From assembly GCF_055900595.2 (NCBI RefSeq), contig NZ_CM148325.1: a stretch of DNA of 64,000 bases. One strand, given 5' to 3'. Of the stretch, positions 8,684-17,602 are shown one piece after another (positions within the stretch are counted from its first letter, which is position 1; the number at the start of each line of letters is the position of its first letter). The notes under the pieces were generated by a model, which was not told the DNA's origin, made no database searches, and was given only the letters and a program-made list of their open reading frames with translations. The position numbers and the translations under genes are program-made.

Positions 8684-8911
8684 ACGTCATACCCTCTGGA
8701 AGGATGAAACACGCCCGGATTAAATTTCATTTTTCGCGGGTATAAAAAAACGATGGGGCGGGCAGTCCCGGATAGTCAGGGCTGTAGAGATTTGACTACC
8801 CCCTCCCCACTGGATTCAGGTTACTGCTATTCCGTTAAGCGCTGCTTACGGGGATAGCTGCGTTGTGATTTTGACCATTCAGGTCGCCGCTATTTCCTCA
8901 CCGATTGGGTG

Positions 8912-8938
8912 CTACGCGCGCGCGTACTTGTCCCGAAA
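8912..8938 (+). repeat. CG-palindrome motif copy 1: TACGCGCGCGCGTA + CTTGTCCCGAAAT
   Basis: One of three direct copies (8912, 10305, 10591) of the same roughly 25-bp motif. Confidence 0.6.
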
Positions 8939-8980
8939 TACCAGAAACCGCCAGCCAGAGGATGATTTCCCTCTGGTGGT

Positions 8981-9262
8981 CTACCTTTGCCTCTTGCCGC
9001 CATTTAACCGGAAGGCGTTACCGTTCGGTTGCGCTATCCCCATGCGGTGTTGCGTTTCGGTAACAGCTTTATGCAGGTCGCCAAATTCCTCAACCTTCAC
9101 GGGCGGGCGCTTCACGTTCTCCAGACACGTTTCACGGCGGCGCTTTATCCATTCCCGATCATCGTCCTCGCTGCATAACAGCATGACTTCCATCCATCGT
9201 GCGGCAGCTCTCCGGTATAGCCCTTTTGACACCAGCTCTTCAGCTTTCCTGTCCCTTATCAT
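8981..9262 (-). CDS. PerC-like small transcriptional activator
   Basis: 93-aa ORF; AEELVSKGLYRRAAARWMEVM resembles the PerC family N-terminus as I recall it. Confidence 0.45.
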   Translation of the reverse strand: MIRDRKAEELVSKGLYRRAAARWMEVMLLCSEDDDREWIKRRRETCLENVKRPPVKVEEFGDLHKAVTETQHRMGIAQPNGNAFRLNGGKRQR

Positions 9263-9298
9263 TTCTGCCTCTCAGATTATATAGATAAGCAAAAAGGT

Positions 9299-9419
9299 GT
9301 TGGTTCAGTTGGTTCAGTTGGTTCAATTTGTAAAGATCGTTGTTTTTATTATGTTTTTTCTAAAATATTGAACCAACATCAACTCATTTTGAACCAACAC
9401 AGCCCAGCTCTGAACCAAC
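9299..9419. repeat. Iteron cluster A: 3 tandem GTTGGTTCA then 3 spaced TGAACCAAC (crr/ori-like)
   Basis: Exact 9-mers at 9299, 9308, 9317 and inverted copies at 9369, 9390, 9411. Confidence 0.8.
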
Positions 9420-9521
9420 AACACAGCGATAGCTTTGTGATTGGCCCGTTATTTTCTGGCTGATATTTGAGCGTATAACAGTGTTATACAGTGATATACT
9501 GTATGGATATTACTCACTGAT

Positions 9522-9977
9522 ATGGTCTTTGCAATGAGCAAATCTAATCTGGTCGCGTTCCGCATCCCATCTGAATTGCAGGATGAGTTTAATCGGTCTG
9601 TTCTCGCTTCTGGAGGGGATAAAACCTCCTGGCTTGTTGATGCGATTCGCATGAAGCTGGGACAGCCGGAAAAGTCTATTGATTCACGAATGTTTGGGCT
9701 GGTGGAGCGCATGGAAAAAGCTGCTGCGTCGCTTATTGCCGGAAAGCCGAACATCCCACCAAAGCCATATAACGAAACGGCAGTTATAAAGATCATTGCC
9801 GATACCATCCGACAGGGATTTGATAATGGGCGTGTGATAGCTGAACGGATCAATGAAGCAGGCTATCAAACAAAAGCTGGTAAAGCGTGGGATAAAGATA
9901 TTTACAGCGCGTGGAAGCGTCAGGGAAGCAATGCTGAAAAGTTAAAAGCGGTGATTGATTGTAAGGTCAGCGTATAA
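9522..9977 (+). CDS. Putative DNA-binding protein (ribbon-helix-helix-like N-terminus)
   Basis: 151-aa ORF; N-terminal VAFRIPSELQDEFNRS...WLVDAIRMKLG resembles RHH regulators. Confidence 0.5.
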   Translation: MVFAMSKSNLVAFRIPSELQDEFNRSVLASGGDKTSWLVDAIRMKLGQPEKSIDSRMFGLVERMEKAAASLIAGKPNIPPKPYNETAVIKIIADTIRQGFDNGRVIAERINEAGYQTKAGKAWDKDIYSAWKRQGSNAEKLKAVIDCKVSV

Positions 9978-10056
9978 ACATGAGTGCCCATTGGAAAGCT
10001 GCTTGGGCCAATACCTTTATACACCAGCAGGTGGTGACGATAGGTGAGGATCAGGA

Positions 10057-10278
10057 ATGAAAGGCAGAACGCCACACATTGAACATCAAGCCAACCACTT
10101 CTCGGATGTTCGCAATGAGATGATTGCCATTCGCGGTGATATGCACGGCTTGGAGCGTCGAATTATTGATAAGATTGATGAAAATAGAGATAAGGCCAGT
10201 GAAAATCAAAAGTGGATCATCGGCCTGTTGATTTTATCAATTCTTATCCCGCTACTTATCGCATTGGTCACAAAATGA
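10057..10278 (+). CDS. Small membrane protein, XhlA-like (C-terminal transmembrane helix)
   Basis: 73-aa ORF with charged N-terminal region and C-terminal WIIGLLILSILIPLLIALV helix. Confidence 0.4.
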   Translation: MKGRTPHIEHQANHFSDVRNEMIAIRGDMHGLERRIIDKIDENRDKASENQKWIIGLLILSILIPLLIALVTK

Positions 10279-10304
10279 ATATCCAATGTGTATGCTGTCG
10301 ATGC

Positions 10305-10329
10305 TACGCGCGCGTACTTGTCGCAAAAT
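10305..10329 (+). repeat. CG-palindrome motif copy 2: TACGCGCGCGTA + CTTGTCGCAAAAT
   Basis: Direct repeat of motif at 8912 and 10591. Confidence 0.6.
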
Positions 10330-10590
10330 ATCAGGCAAAGGCCAGATTCAGAACGTCGTGATAACCACCAGCACAACATGAGATGTCATGTAACGCGATT
10401 TATCACGTCAGATACATGTGATTGGTGTACCCGCATAAAACATTGTCATAGCGCGTCCTGTGCGCATATACGCCGATAATCAACACATCACCACCACTCT
10501 GTCTCATGTAGAGAACACTTTTATGGTATCCCCCGCCATCGTGTGCGTACTGGTCGGACGCAGTTGCAAAAAATTTTGCAACTGATACCC

Positions 10591-10615
10591 CTCGCGCGCG
10601 TACTTGTCTCGAAAT
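10591..10615 (+). repeat. CG-palindrome motif copy 3: CTCGCGCGCGTA + CTTGTCTCGAAAT, preceded by perfect hairpin 10561-10583
   Basis: Direct repeat; adjacent 11-bp-stem hairpin CAGTTGCAAAA/TTTTGCAACTG. Confidence 0.6.
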
Positions 10616-10822
10616 TGGTGTTTTGCTGTGGCAGTGATATCAGAAAAATCTTCCTGTTTCACATAAAGCGGATATGCGCGTACTGTAACGGCCCCATCAA
10701 CTGGGAGCGGATTTGAGCCCCGAATGTGTAGGCAATGTCACTTAACGTTTGTCGCATACCTTCCAGAAAAAGCGATTCATGAATAATAGGGGCATGAATG
10801 CCCGGCGTACCGGGCTTATTAG

Positions 10823-11521
10823 TTAATTTGGTGCTTTAGGGTCAACATTAAAAGTTATATCACCTTCTGTATTTTTCCCGGCATAGCTAGCGGCTATTCT
10901 CGCCAACCCTTTGTAATCAGCAATTCCATCAGACTGTTGCGAGACGACTGAGCTACCAACTTTCCATAACATATTAATCTGCCGATTATTGAGATAAGCC
11001 TTGGCATCAAACGACTGGAGTATCACCCCTGCGCCGTAGAACGTGTCCGTCACAGTTGTGTTATACGCGCCAGTAATTCCATAAGTAGGCGTATAAACTG
11101 TTGTTGCCGTTCCAGTGGTATTAGCTGTACCGTAGCCACCACCATAACTATTGAACGTGGTGTTCGAGTTTCCGTACGTTGTTGCTGAGCTCACACCAGT
11201 TTGCCCGTATATTGGGATGGTTACATTACGAGTATTTGAAATGGCCCCGCTTCTCAAAAAGTTCAAGAGAATTACCTGGTCAGCCAATTTTTCATCTTTA
11301 ACTTGTGTATATCCTTGGCTTGATAAACTGGCGGCTACTACCGTAGCTATTTGAGTGTATTCAATCTGTTTGGTGTTCCAAAGTTCTTGGCTTGCGGGGA
11401 TGATCAAGAACTTCTTACCGACAGATTGCCCGGAAGATAAAGCATTGACCGTTACTAACGGTTTTTGTACGCATCCAGCCAATAATGACAGGGATAATAT
11501 TAAAAGAAGATTTTTAATCAT
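10823..11521 (-). CDS. Lipoprotein (signal peptide with lipobox LLAGC)
   Basis: MIKNLLLILSLSLLAGCVQ... lipobox; Gly/Thr/Tyr-rich mature region. Confidence 0.7.
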   Translation of the reverse strand: MIKNLLLILSLSLLAGCVQKPLVTVNALSSGQSVGKKFLIIPASQELWNTKQIEYTQIATVVAASLSSQGYTQVKDEKLADQVILLNFLRSGAISNTRNVTIPIYGQTGVSSATTYGNSNTTFNSYGGGYGTANTTGTATTVYTPTYGITGAYNTTVTDTFYGAGVILQSFDAKAYLNNRQINMLWKVGSSVVSQQSDGIADYKGLARIAASYAGKNTEGDITFNVDPKAPN

Positions 11522-11671
11522 GATAATCTCACCTAAGAATTGCGTGGTTATAAATTATCATCACTGTAAGCGAATGTAAGCCACAGACTCGTAATGTGAT
11601 ATGGAATTTTGATAGTTGGCTCAATATCAGTATGCCGTCCTTGGCTATTATGGTTTTGTTAGTTAGAGCGT

Positions 11672-14398
11672 CTATTCCCATTCGCTAACATCTTTCATGC
11701 CACTGAGGGTAGCTACAATCCCGGCCCTTGTCAGTTTCACGAATTCTTCAGCCCCAACGGCATCACGAATTGCTTTCATGGCAATTTTATTGGCCGAAAA
11801 TCGTTTCTCTGCTGCGGCGATCGCTGCTGGTGATGCCCCTGCGCGCACTGCTTTTGTAGCTTCCTGAACGGCTTTCTCTATCGCATATCGACCACTTCTT
11901 GTCGCCCCAATCTTAGCCACAGCATTTCTTAGCGCGCCACCAGCAACCAAACCACTAATCGAACCAATTACACCACCGCCAAAGCCTCCAGCGATCGCAC
12001 CTGACTGTTGAACACCGTTCATAATCACGCCGACGATCTTTGGAAGGCCTGAATCGAGCGTTTTGAGAGCCTCAGTTGTTCTTCCCGTGCGCTCTACGTA
12101 TCGCTGCGGTCTGGTACTGGCTTTAGCGAGTACACCGAACTCTTTCATCATTCTACCGAGATCTGGCGCATGACGACTGATGGCGTTTACATTCTGCTGG
12201 GTCATGAGCTTGGCAAAATACTGGATACCTGACTCTTCACCGATTCCTCCCTTCTCTCCCTGCGCCACAGCATGCTGAAGAATAGATGCTATTGCAGGTT
12301 GGCGTTCTGCTTCCGGCAGCGCGGAGATAAGACGGTGAAAAGCTCCCGTTCCAGTGTTTGCGGATGCCTTAAGCGTATCGGCACCTTTTCTTACCATAGC
12401 GTCTGATGCGAGATCTCGACCAAAAACAGATTCGGCATTTTGTTTGGCGATAATGTAACTTTTAGAGAGATCGTTAGCTTTCTGCCATTCTGTGAGGAAG
12501 TTTCCTTTTTCAGCCATGATGCGCATGTCATCAGTGATAGCTCTGCGCATTTCTCCGGCAATCCGGGCGGCATTGGCCTTACCTGCCCGGGTGTTTGCTT
12601 GTTCAGCATCAGCAAACTTAGCACGCCATGCCTTCATCCCGTCGAAGGTTATGCCGCCACCTTGGTTGTTGGCAGCCTGAAACTGTTTCATCTCCGGGCT
12701 GAGTGGAACATTGGCTGCTTTTTCTGCTTGGACGACAGCCATTCCATTACTCATTTTCATCCTTTCGCGTGGCATCGTGCTTCGCAGTTCTGCCCATGCC
12801 ATATTCTCTGCTGTTTTCATATCACTGAGGCTCGCGATGATGCGCTCTTTAATTGCTGCGCTTTTTTCTGATGCGCTTCCAGACTCAGCACCGAAATCAG
12901 ACAACTGCTTATTCAACTTTGAGGATATTTCATTGAAGGCCGTAAGGTGAGCATCCTGAACATTCCCAGGAGTTGATGCCAGAACACCTTCTGCTTGGGC
13001 AATTCCACGACTACCTGAGCGCATTCCAGGCGTCAGGGTGTTGATATTAATACCAGTGATTTTCGCCGCCTTAGCGACATCATCTCTGACGTTTGATGCC
13101 TGCGATGCGATATGCTCTCGGCCTACGGCAGAACGCGCTGCTTTCGATACATCATTGGCGGTTTCCAGAGTATTTGCTGCCCCTAACACATGGCCTGATT
13201 GATTTGTATTACTCCGCAATACATCTCGCATTACGTCACTGGCTGTCTGTCCGCTCTTTATTAAAGCGCGTGCTCCTAGCGATCCTGCTAGGCCAATACC
13301 TGTCTCTTTTGCTAGGTCTTCTGGGCTGATCTGCCCGTTCTTTTGGGCGTTCACCAATGTACCTGGCAGGTTTTCTGCCAACATACTAGCCACCTTTGTG
13401 GCCGCACGTTCAGCACGTGGAGCGTTGGCAACTGAAGAAGCTGCGGTAGCTGCCTTTCCTGCACCTAATCCTGTAATAAGGTAAGGTGCTAGCTGCTCAC
13501 CAGCCTGCGCGTATGGATCTGTAGGTTGGTCTACTGGGCGAAAGACAGGTGATATGGGCGTGTATGTGCCATCACCCACACCAAGCTTCTGAGCTGCCCA
13601 TGCTCCGGCTGATTGCGCCGCATTGACTACCCCCACGCCTGCGTCCATTACATCAAACGGTATATTAGCAATCCCTCTGGCCATCTGCTCTGGCGCAGCT
13701 TTCAGTCCTGGCGAAAGATATTCCATCTCAGGATTAAGGTTAGACTTGGCTACTTGCTGCTGCGGTTCCCCGGCATTTTCATCGGCGAGAAACTGAGCTC
13801 TTTTCTGCTCCCATGAACTGGCTGTTGGTAGTCCTGCTTCTATGTTCTTAAATTGCTGACGTTTTGCTTCCCATGCAGAAATATCTCCCACCTGAGAGAT
13901 TTCTTTATCAAGCTCTGAGTAGTCAGGCTGCTGAAGATTGCGATGTTGACTGGTTTGTGCAAACTGCAAGATTTCACTGTCATCAGGGATTATTCCGGCA
14001 TCTGCAAATTTACTTACGTAATTAGCCGTTTCATCTGGCAGTGTAGATTTACCGTTTCTGACGGCATTAATACGAGCATAGCCAGAATTATACCCAGCCA
14101 ATGCCATACCTATATCACCAAATCGCTTCATTCCTTTATTGAGATGGTTTGCTGCGATATCCATTTGCTTTTCAAATGGCAGTGAGCGCGGATCTGTTCC
14201 ACGATAACCAGCATCACTCATTACTGAGGGCATCAGTTGAGCAAATCCTCTAGCTCCTTTCGGTGACTCGGCACTTCCGTTACCACTAGATTCATTGCCA
14301 ACTAATGTTTCCATCGTCCCTGATGGGAAACCATATTTTTCATCGAGATGACGGGAATAGGCTTTCTGTTTTTCTGTCAGTTGTGCCATCATTGCCAT
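11672..14398 (-). CDS. Phage internal virion/ejection protein with N-terminal lytic transglycosylase (SLT) domain
   Basis: 908 aa; SLT motifs ES(catalytic)...GARGFAQLMP...AGYNSGYAR near the N-terminus. Confidence 0.8.
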   Translation of the reverse strand: MAMMAQLTEKQKAYSRHLDEKYGFPSGTMETLVGNESSGNGSAESPKGARGFAQLMPSVMSDAGYRGTDPRSLPFEKQMDIAANHLNKGMKRFGDIGMALAGYNSGYARINAVRNGKSTLPDETANYVSKFADAGIIPDDSEILQFAQTSQHRNLQQPDYSELDKEISQVGDISAWEAKRQQFKNIEAGLPTASSWEQKRAQFLADENAGEPQQQVAKSNLNPEMEYLSPGLKAAPEQMARGIANIPFDVMDAGVGVVNAAQSAGAWAAQKLGVGDGTYTPISPVFRPVDQPTDPYAQAGEQLAPYLITGLGAGKAATAASSVANAPRAERAATKVASMLAENLPGTLVNAQKNGQISPEDLAKETGIGLAGSLGARALIKSGQTASDVMRDVLRSNTNQSGHVLGAANTLETANDVSKAARSAVGREHIASQASNVRDDVAKAAKITGININTLTPGMRSGSRGIAQAEGVLASTPGNVQDAHLTAFNEISSKLNKQLSDFGAESGSASEKSAAIKERIIASLSDMKTAENMAWAELRSTMPRERMKMSNGMAVVQAEKAANVPLSPEMKQFQAANNQGGGITFDGMKAWRAKFADAEQANTRAGKANAARIAGEMRRAITDDMRIMAEKGNFLTEWQKANDLSKSYIIAKQNAESVFGRDLASDAMVRKGADTLKASANTGTGAFHRLISALPEAERQPAIASILQHAVAQGEKGGIGEESGIQYFAKLMTQQNVNAISRHAPDLGRMMKEFGVLAKASTRPQRYVERTGRTTEALKTLDSGLPKIVGVIMNGVQQSGAIAGGFGGGVIGSISGLVAGGALRNAVAKIGATRSGRYAIEKAVQEATKAVRAGASPAAIAAAEKRFSANKIAMKAIRDAVGAEEFVKLTRAGIVATLSGMKDVSEWE

Positions 14399-15708
14399 CC
14401 CTTAAGTTTTGCCTGATAGTAACTTTCCGGCAGATAGCCATGTGCGGTCACATAATCCTTAACCAGTGAAGGATCCTGCAACAGCATTTTGGTATCAGTT
14501 TCTTCGTCCTTAGATTTGGTTACAGGAATACCGAGCCCGGCAATCTGTCGTTTCTGCATTCGAATAATTACGTCCTGCGCTTTATTCAACTCTCGCAAAA
14601 ATGCCTCATTGCTGGTTGCTGACTTAATGCCATTTTGAGATTGCATAAGGGCAGCCCTTTCCCCTTCGGTTGGGTTAGAGCCAAAAGTCCCTTTGAGGCT
14701 AGGCAGAATAACCTTTAGGTTGTATTCATCAGCTTTGGCGCGTAGGCTTCGTGTGTCTTCTGCTACATCAGGAAGGAATCCAAACCCCAGCGTCAGGGGG
14801 TTATAGTTCTGCGAGCGGGTAACGGCCGAAGGATGTTTCCCTACAATTCCCGCCAGTTCATGACCCACTTCAAGCGCAGAGTTCAAGGAGTCGATGTTAC
14901 CTGCAACAGTATTAATTTTATCGTTCATCTTCTCCACTTTCGCCTGCTGTATCTTGCTCAGTTCAGCATTGAGCTTGTCTCTCTCGATGTCATTTTGAGC
15001 ACGTCCAAGTCGTGCTTTCAGAACCATTTCTCTCGTGCGTAGTTGGTTATCGGATAGGACTTTGAACTGCTCCATATCGAGACGTCGATTACCCTGTTCC
15101 GCATTAACCTGAGCATTATATGCGGATGTATCTGCGTTCTGCTGTGCAATGCTCTGCCCTTGCTGCTTCTCTTGAACACTAAAGTAACTATTTGGATCAG
15201 CATGGAGGTGGATGAGGTCAGTGATTCTGTTGAATTCCTGTGGGTCATTCTGCCAAGACTGATAAACCTCTTCAGCAGGAAGACCAAATCGCTGTAATAC
15301 TGGATTTGCCTGCTGAATGGCCTTCTGCATGGTCAGTGGATCTCCAGTTTGTGACGCAAGACGCAGATTCATGGCAGCGTCAGCGGTCTGTCGATTTTGC
15401 TCAGCATCAATGAATCCCATCTGTTTTTGAGAATCAGCCATAAACTGGGGATACTGGGCCATTAACTTCTGCACGCCAACACGATCATTATTAGCTACCG
15501 CACTACCCAACCGTGCCTGATATTCTTTTAACTGCTGGGAAATTTGCGCCTGCTGATTAATCTCAGCAACGCCTCTTAGCCCCTGTAGCGCCATTAAACC
15601 TACGTTTGGCTGCTGCTGATACTGCACAGGCTGAGGAACGGAAGAACGAGGAGCATTATCATTTTGCGGTGCCATGCTAGGCAGCCCGCCAAGTTGCCAT
15701 GTCGCCAT
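14389..15708 (-). CDS. Phage internal virion/ejection protein (Gln-rich, coiled-coil)
   Basis: 439-aa ORF with start/stop overlap to neighbours in the same operon. Confidence 0.6.
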   Translation of the reverse strand: MATWQLGGLPSMAPQNDNAPRSSVPQPVQYQQQPNVGLMALQGLRGVAEINQQAQISQQLKEYQARLGSAVANNDRVGVQKLMAQYPQFMADSQKQMGFIDAEQNRQTADAAMNLRLASQTGDPLTMQKAIQQANPVLQRFGLPAEEVYQSWQNDPQEFNRITDLIHLHADPNSYFSVQEKQQGQSIAQQNADTSAYNAQVNAEQGNRRLDMEQFKVLSDNQLRTREMVLKARLGRAQNDIERDKLNAELSKIQQAKVEKMNDKINTVAGNIDSLNSALEVGHELAGIVGKHPSAVTRSQNYNPLTLGFGFLPDVAEDTRSLRAKADEYNLKVILPSLKGTFGSNPTEGERAALMQSQNGIKSATSNEAFLRELNKAQDVIIRMQKRQIAGLGIPVTKSKDEETDTKMLLQDPSLVKDYVTAHGYLPESYYQAKLKGWQ

Positions 15709-16385
15709 TAGAATCCAAGCCCCCCAACAAGACCAATAAGCCCACCACCAATAGCGCCGGCCGCAGTTCCTATTCCAGGAACAACGGAACCAAGTTGCGC
15801 ACCCGCTAAAGCGCCTGATGCTGCCCCACCAATACCACGCGCAAGACTGGATGGCTGCTGCGCCTGACCTGCACGAATAGCGCCAAGCCCCTGCAAGAGT
15901 TGTCCGGTATTATTGGCGTAGTTTTGCCCTGCCGTTGCCTGCCCTGATGCCGCATTCATCCCGACATTTAGCAGGTTTCCATAATTTTGCATTTGCCCAC
16001 TGAGCCAATTGTTATAAAGCATGGGCGCAATGGAAGATAACTGGTTACTGGTAGCTGTTGAGCCAAGCCCCCCGGTAGCTTCTGCTGAGACAAGGTTCTG
16101 ATAACGGGCCTGATCTGCCTGTGTTTTATATAAACCAGAACCAAAGAAATCATTCGCGGCTTTATTCTGCCCTTCCAGAGTCATCAGTCCTTGTAGTTGT
16201 TGTAAAGCAGGCAATCCGACTTCTGCATACGGCTTGAGATTATTCATCACCGTATTCCACTGCTCGCGCTGCAAATCAATTGCCTGCTGCTGGGCCTTCG
16301 CCTGAGCTTTAGAGGCACCACCATCACCGCCTTTTTCGTATACGGCACGATTGAGATGTTTATGAGCTATGTGGGTAATTAACAT
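15708..16385 (-). CDS. Phage internal virion/ejection protein with Gly-rich hydrophobic C-terminus
   Basis: 225-aa ORF, overlaps neighbours by 1 and 7 nt. Confidence 0.6.
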   Translation of the reverse strand: MLITHIAHKHLNRAVYEKGGDGGASKAQAKAQQQAIDLQREQWNTVMNNLKPYAEVGLPALQQLQGLMTLEGQNKAANDFFGSGLYKTQADQARYQNLVSAEATGGLGSTATSNQLSSIAPMLYNNWLSGQMQNYGNLLNVGMNAASGQATAGQNYANNTGQLLQGLGAIRAGQAQQPSSLARGIGGAASGALAGAQLGSVVPGIGTAAGAIGGGLIGLVGGLGF

Positions 16386-16840
16386 TCGCTGAATTCCTTA
16401 TATTGTTGCCGAGTTAACTGATAAAGCGTTACGCCGACGGGTTTACCACATCTGATATAAGCATCATCAAGGTGACCAACACGGGTAGCGCCAAGCAAAC
16501 GGATAATTGCCCGTCCGTATTTGGTGGTGTCAGGAACCATGGTAATGCTGTTAAGGAATGGTGAGTTTTCGAGAAGCCATTTGCAGAATAATCGATGCCC
16601 TTGCAGTGCATATTCACCACGGAATCCGGGGTCGTACACCGCATGGCATTCAACAACGCTATGCCAGAAGTTACGCACTTCATGAACGCCAGCCAGCACT
16701 AATCCTTCGTAGATGCCGAGATATACCGCATCAGGCTTGATGTAGTACGTGTGCCCCGGCTCAACAATATTTTCGGTATTGCCTGGCTCGTTAAGAAAGG
16801 CCTGTAATCGCACAGGGTTATCAATAAATTTTAGTTCCAT
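16379..16840 (-). CDS. Hypothetical phage protein, first gene of ejection-protein operon
   Basis: 153-aa ORF. Confidence 0.55.
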   Translation of the reverse strand: MELKFIDNPVRLQAFLNEPGNTENIVEPGHTYYIKPDAVYLGIYEGLVLAGVHEVRNFWHSVVECHAVYDPGFRGEYALQGHRLFCKWLLENSPFLNSITMVPDTTKYGRAIIRLLGATRVGHLDDAYIRCGKPVGVTLYQLTRQQYKEFSEC

Positions 16841-16856
16841 GCGATGCCATCCATTT

Positions 16857-17018
16857 TCACATACAGCCTGCCAGCGCCTTATCTATTAACCCTCGTGCAA
16901 TTTCATGCAGAGTTGGCGCTACTCCAATTCCTGATTTTTTACGCTGCTCTTCCTGAATTTTCTTTATCGCTTCCATTTGCTTCTCACTTATCAATACCGG
17001 CTTTACTGAAATAGCCAT
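16857..17018 (-). CDS. Small hypothetical protein (53 aa)
   Basis: Hand-translated ORF below the track length cutoff, AT-rich promoter upstream. Confidence 0.3.
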   Translation of the reverse strand: MAISVKPVLISEKQMEAIKKIQEEQRKKSGIGVAPTLHEIARGLIDKALAGCM

Positions 17019-17466
17019 AACGCCCCCTTAGAACTGTATAAAACAACAGTTATTATAGTTTCACAAATCGCAATATTCATCATCGTAATTGCAAAATATG
17101 AAACAAATAGCACAAAAAAATGCCACCGCTCAGTAGCTGGTGGCATCGTTCTGTGTGTCAGGTTTTGACAGGTTTTTTATGGACTCTAAAAACTATATTT
17201 ATGGTGTCGCATTACTCTTCACGGCAGGCGCTTTTCAGTTCTGCCCTTGCTTCTGGCTCCATTGGTAATTTGATTCGCGATCAGCTATGCGGATGGTTTG
17301 CTGAACAGGCATAACAACTTCTCAGAGGCTGTTTTTTGAACTACGAAAATTTCGTAGTGCTCACTTTCAAAAACGTCACGCCCTTGTACACAGGATTTTA
17401 CGAAAGTCTCGTAAAACACTCTCTGATGCCAGCCAGGTGTTGTGCGCATCAATTCAGTCACATTGT

Positions 17467-17577
17467 GTTGGTTCAAAATACCGTGTTGTTGGTTCAGTGT
17501 TGGTTCAATAAAAAGAATAAAATCCTTATAAAACAATACTCTTTACAAATTGAACCAACTGAACCAACTGAACCAAC
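17467..17577. repeat. Iteron cluster B: 3 spaced GTTGGTTCA then 3 tandem TGAACCAAC; inverted image of cluster A
   Basis: Reverse complement shares a 45-nt near-identical block with 9295-9340; lies just downstream of the primase gene. Confidence 0.8.
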
Positions 17578-17602
17578 ACCTTTTCTACGCACATGAAGAA
17601 GC

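Noticed and set aside
9290-9420. Possible CRISPR array suggested by short tandem repeats
   Set aside because: Repeats are 9-mers in direct and inverted orientation without uniform spacers; the pattern fits replication iterons, and no cas genes are present in the window.
10288-10479. 63-aa Cys/His/Arg-rich ORF
   Set aside because: Starts inside copy 2 of the CG-palindrome motif with no RBS; composition is driven by the repeat sequence.
12391-13329. Several 60-140-aa ORFs on both strands inside the 908-aa SLT-domain gene
   Set aside because: All are embedded within or antisense to a long ORF with a clear catalytic motif; Ala/Ser/Arg-rich translations.
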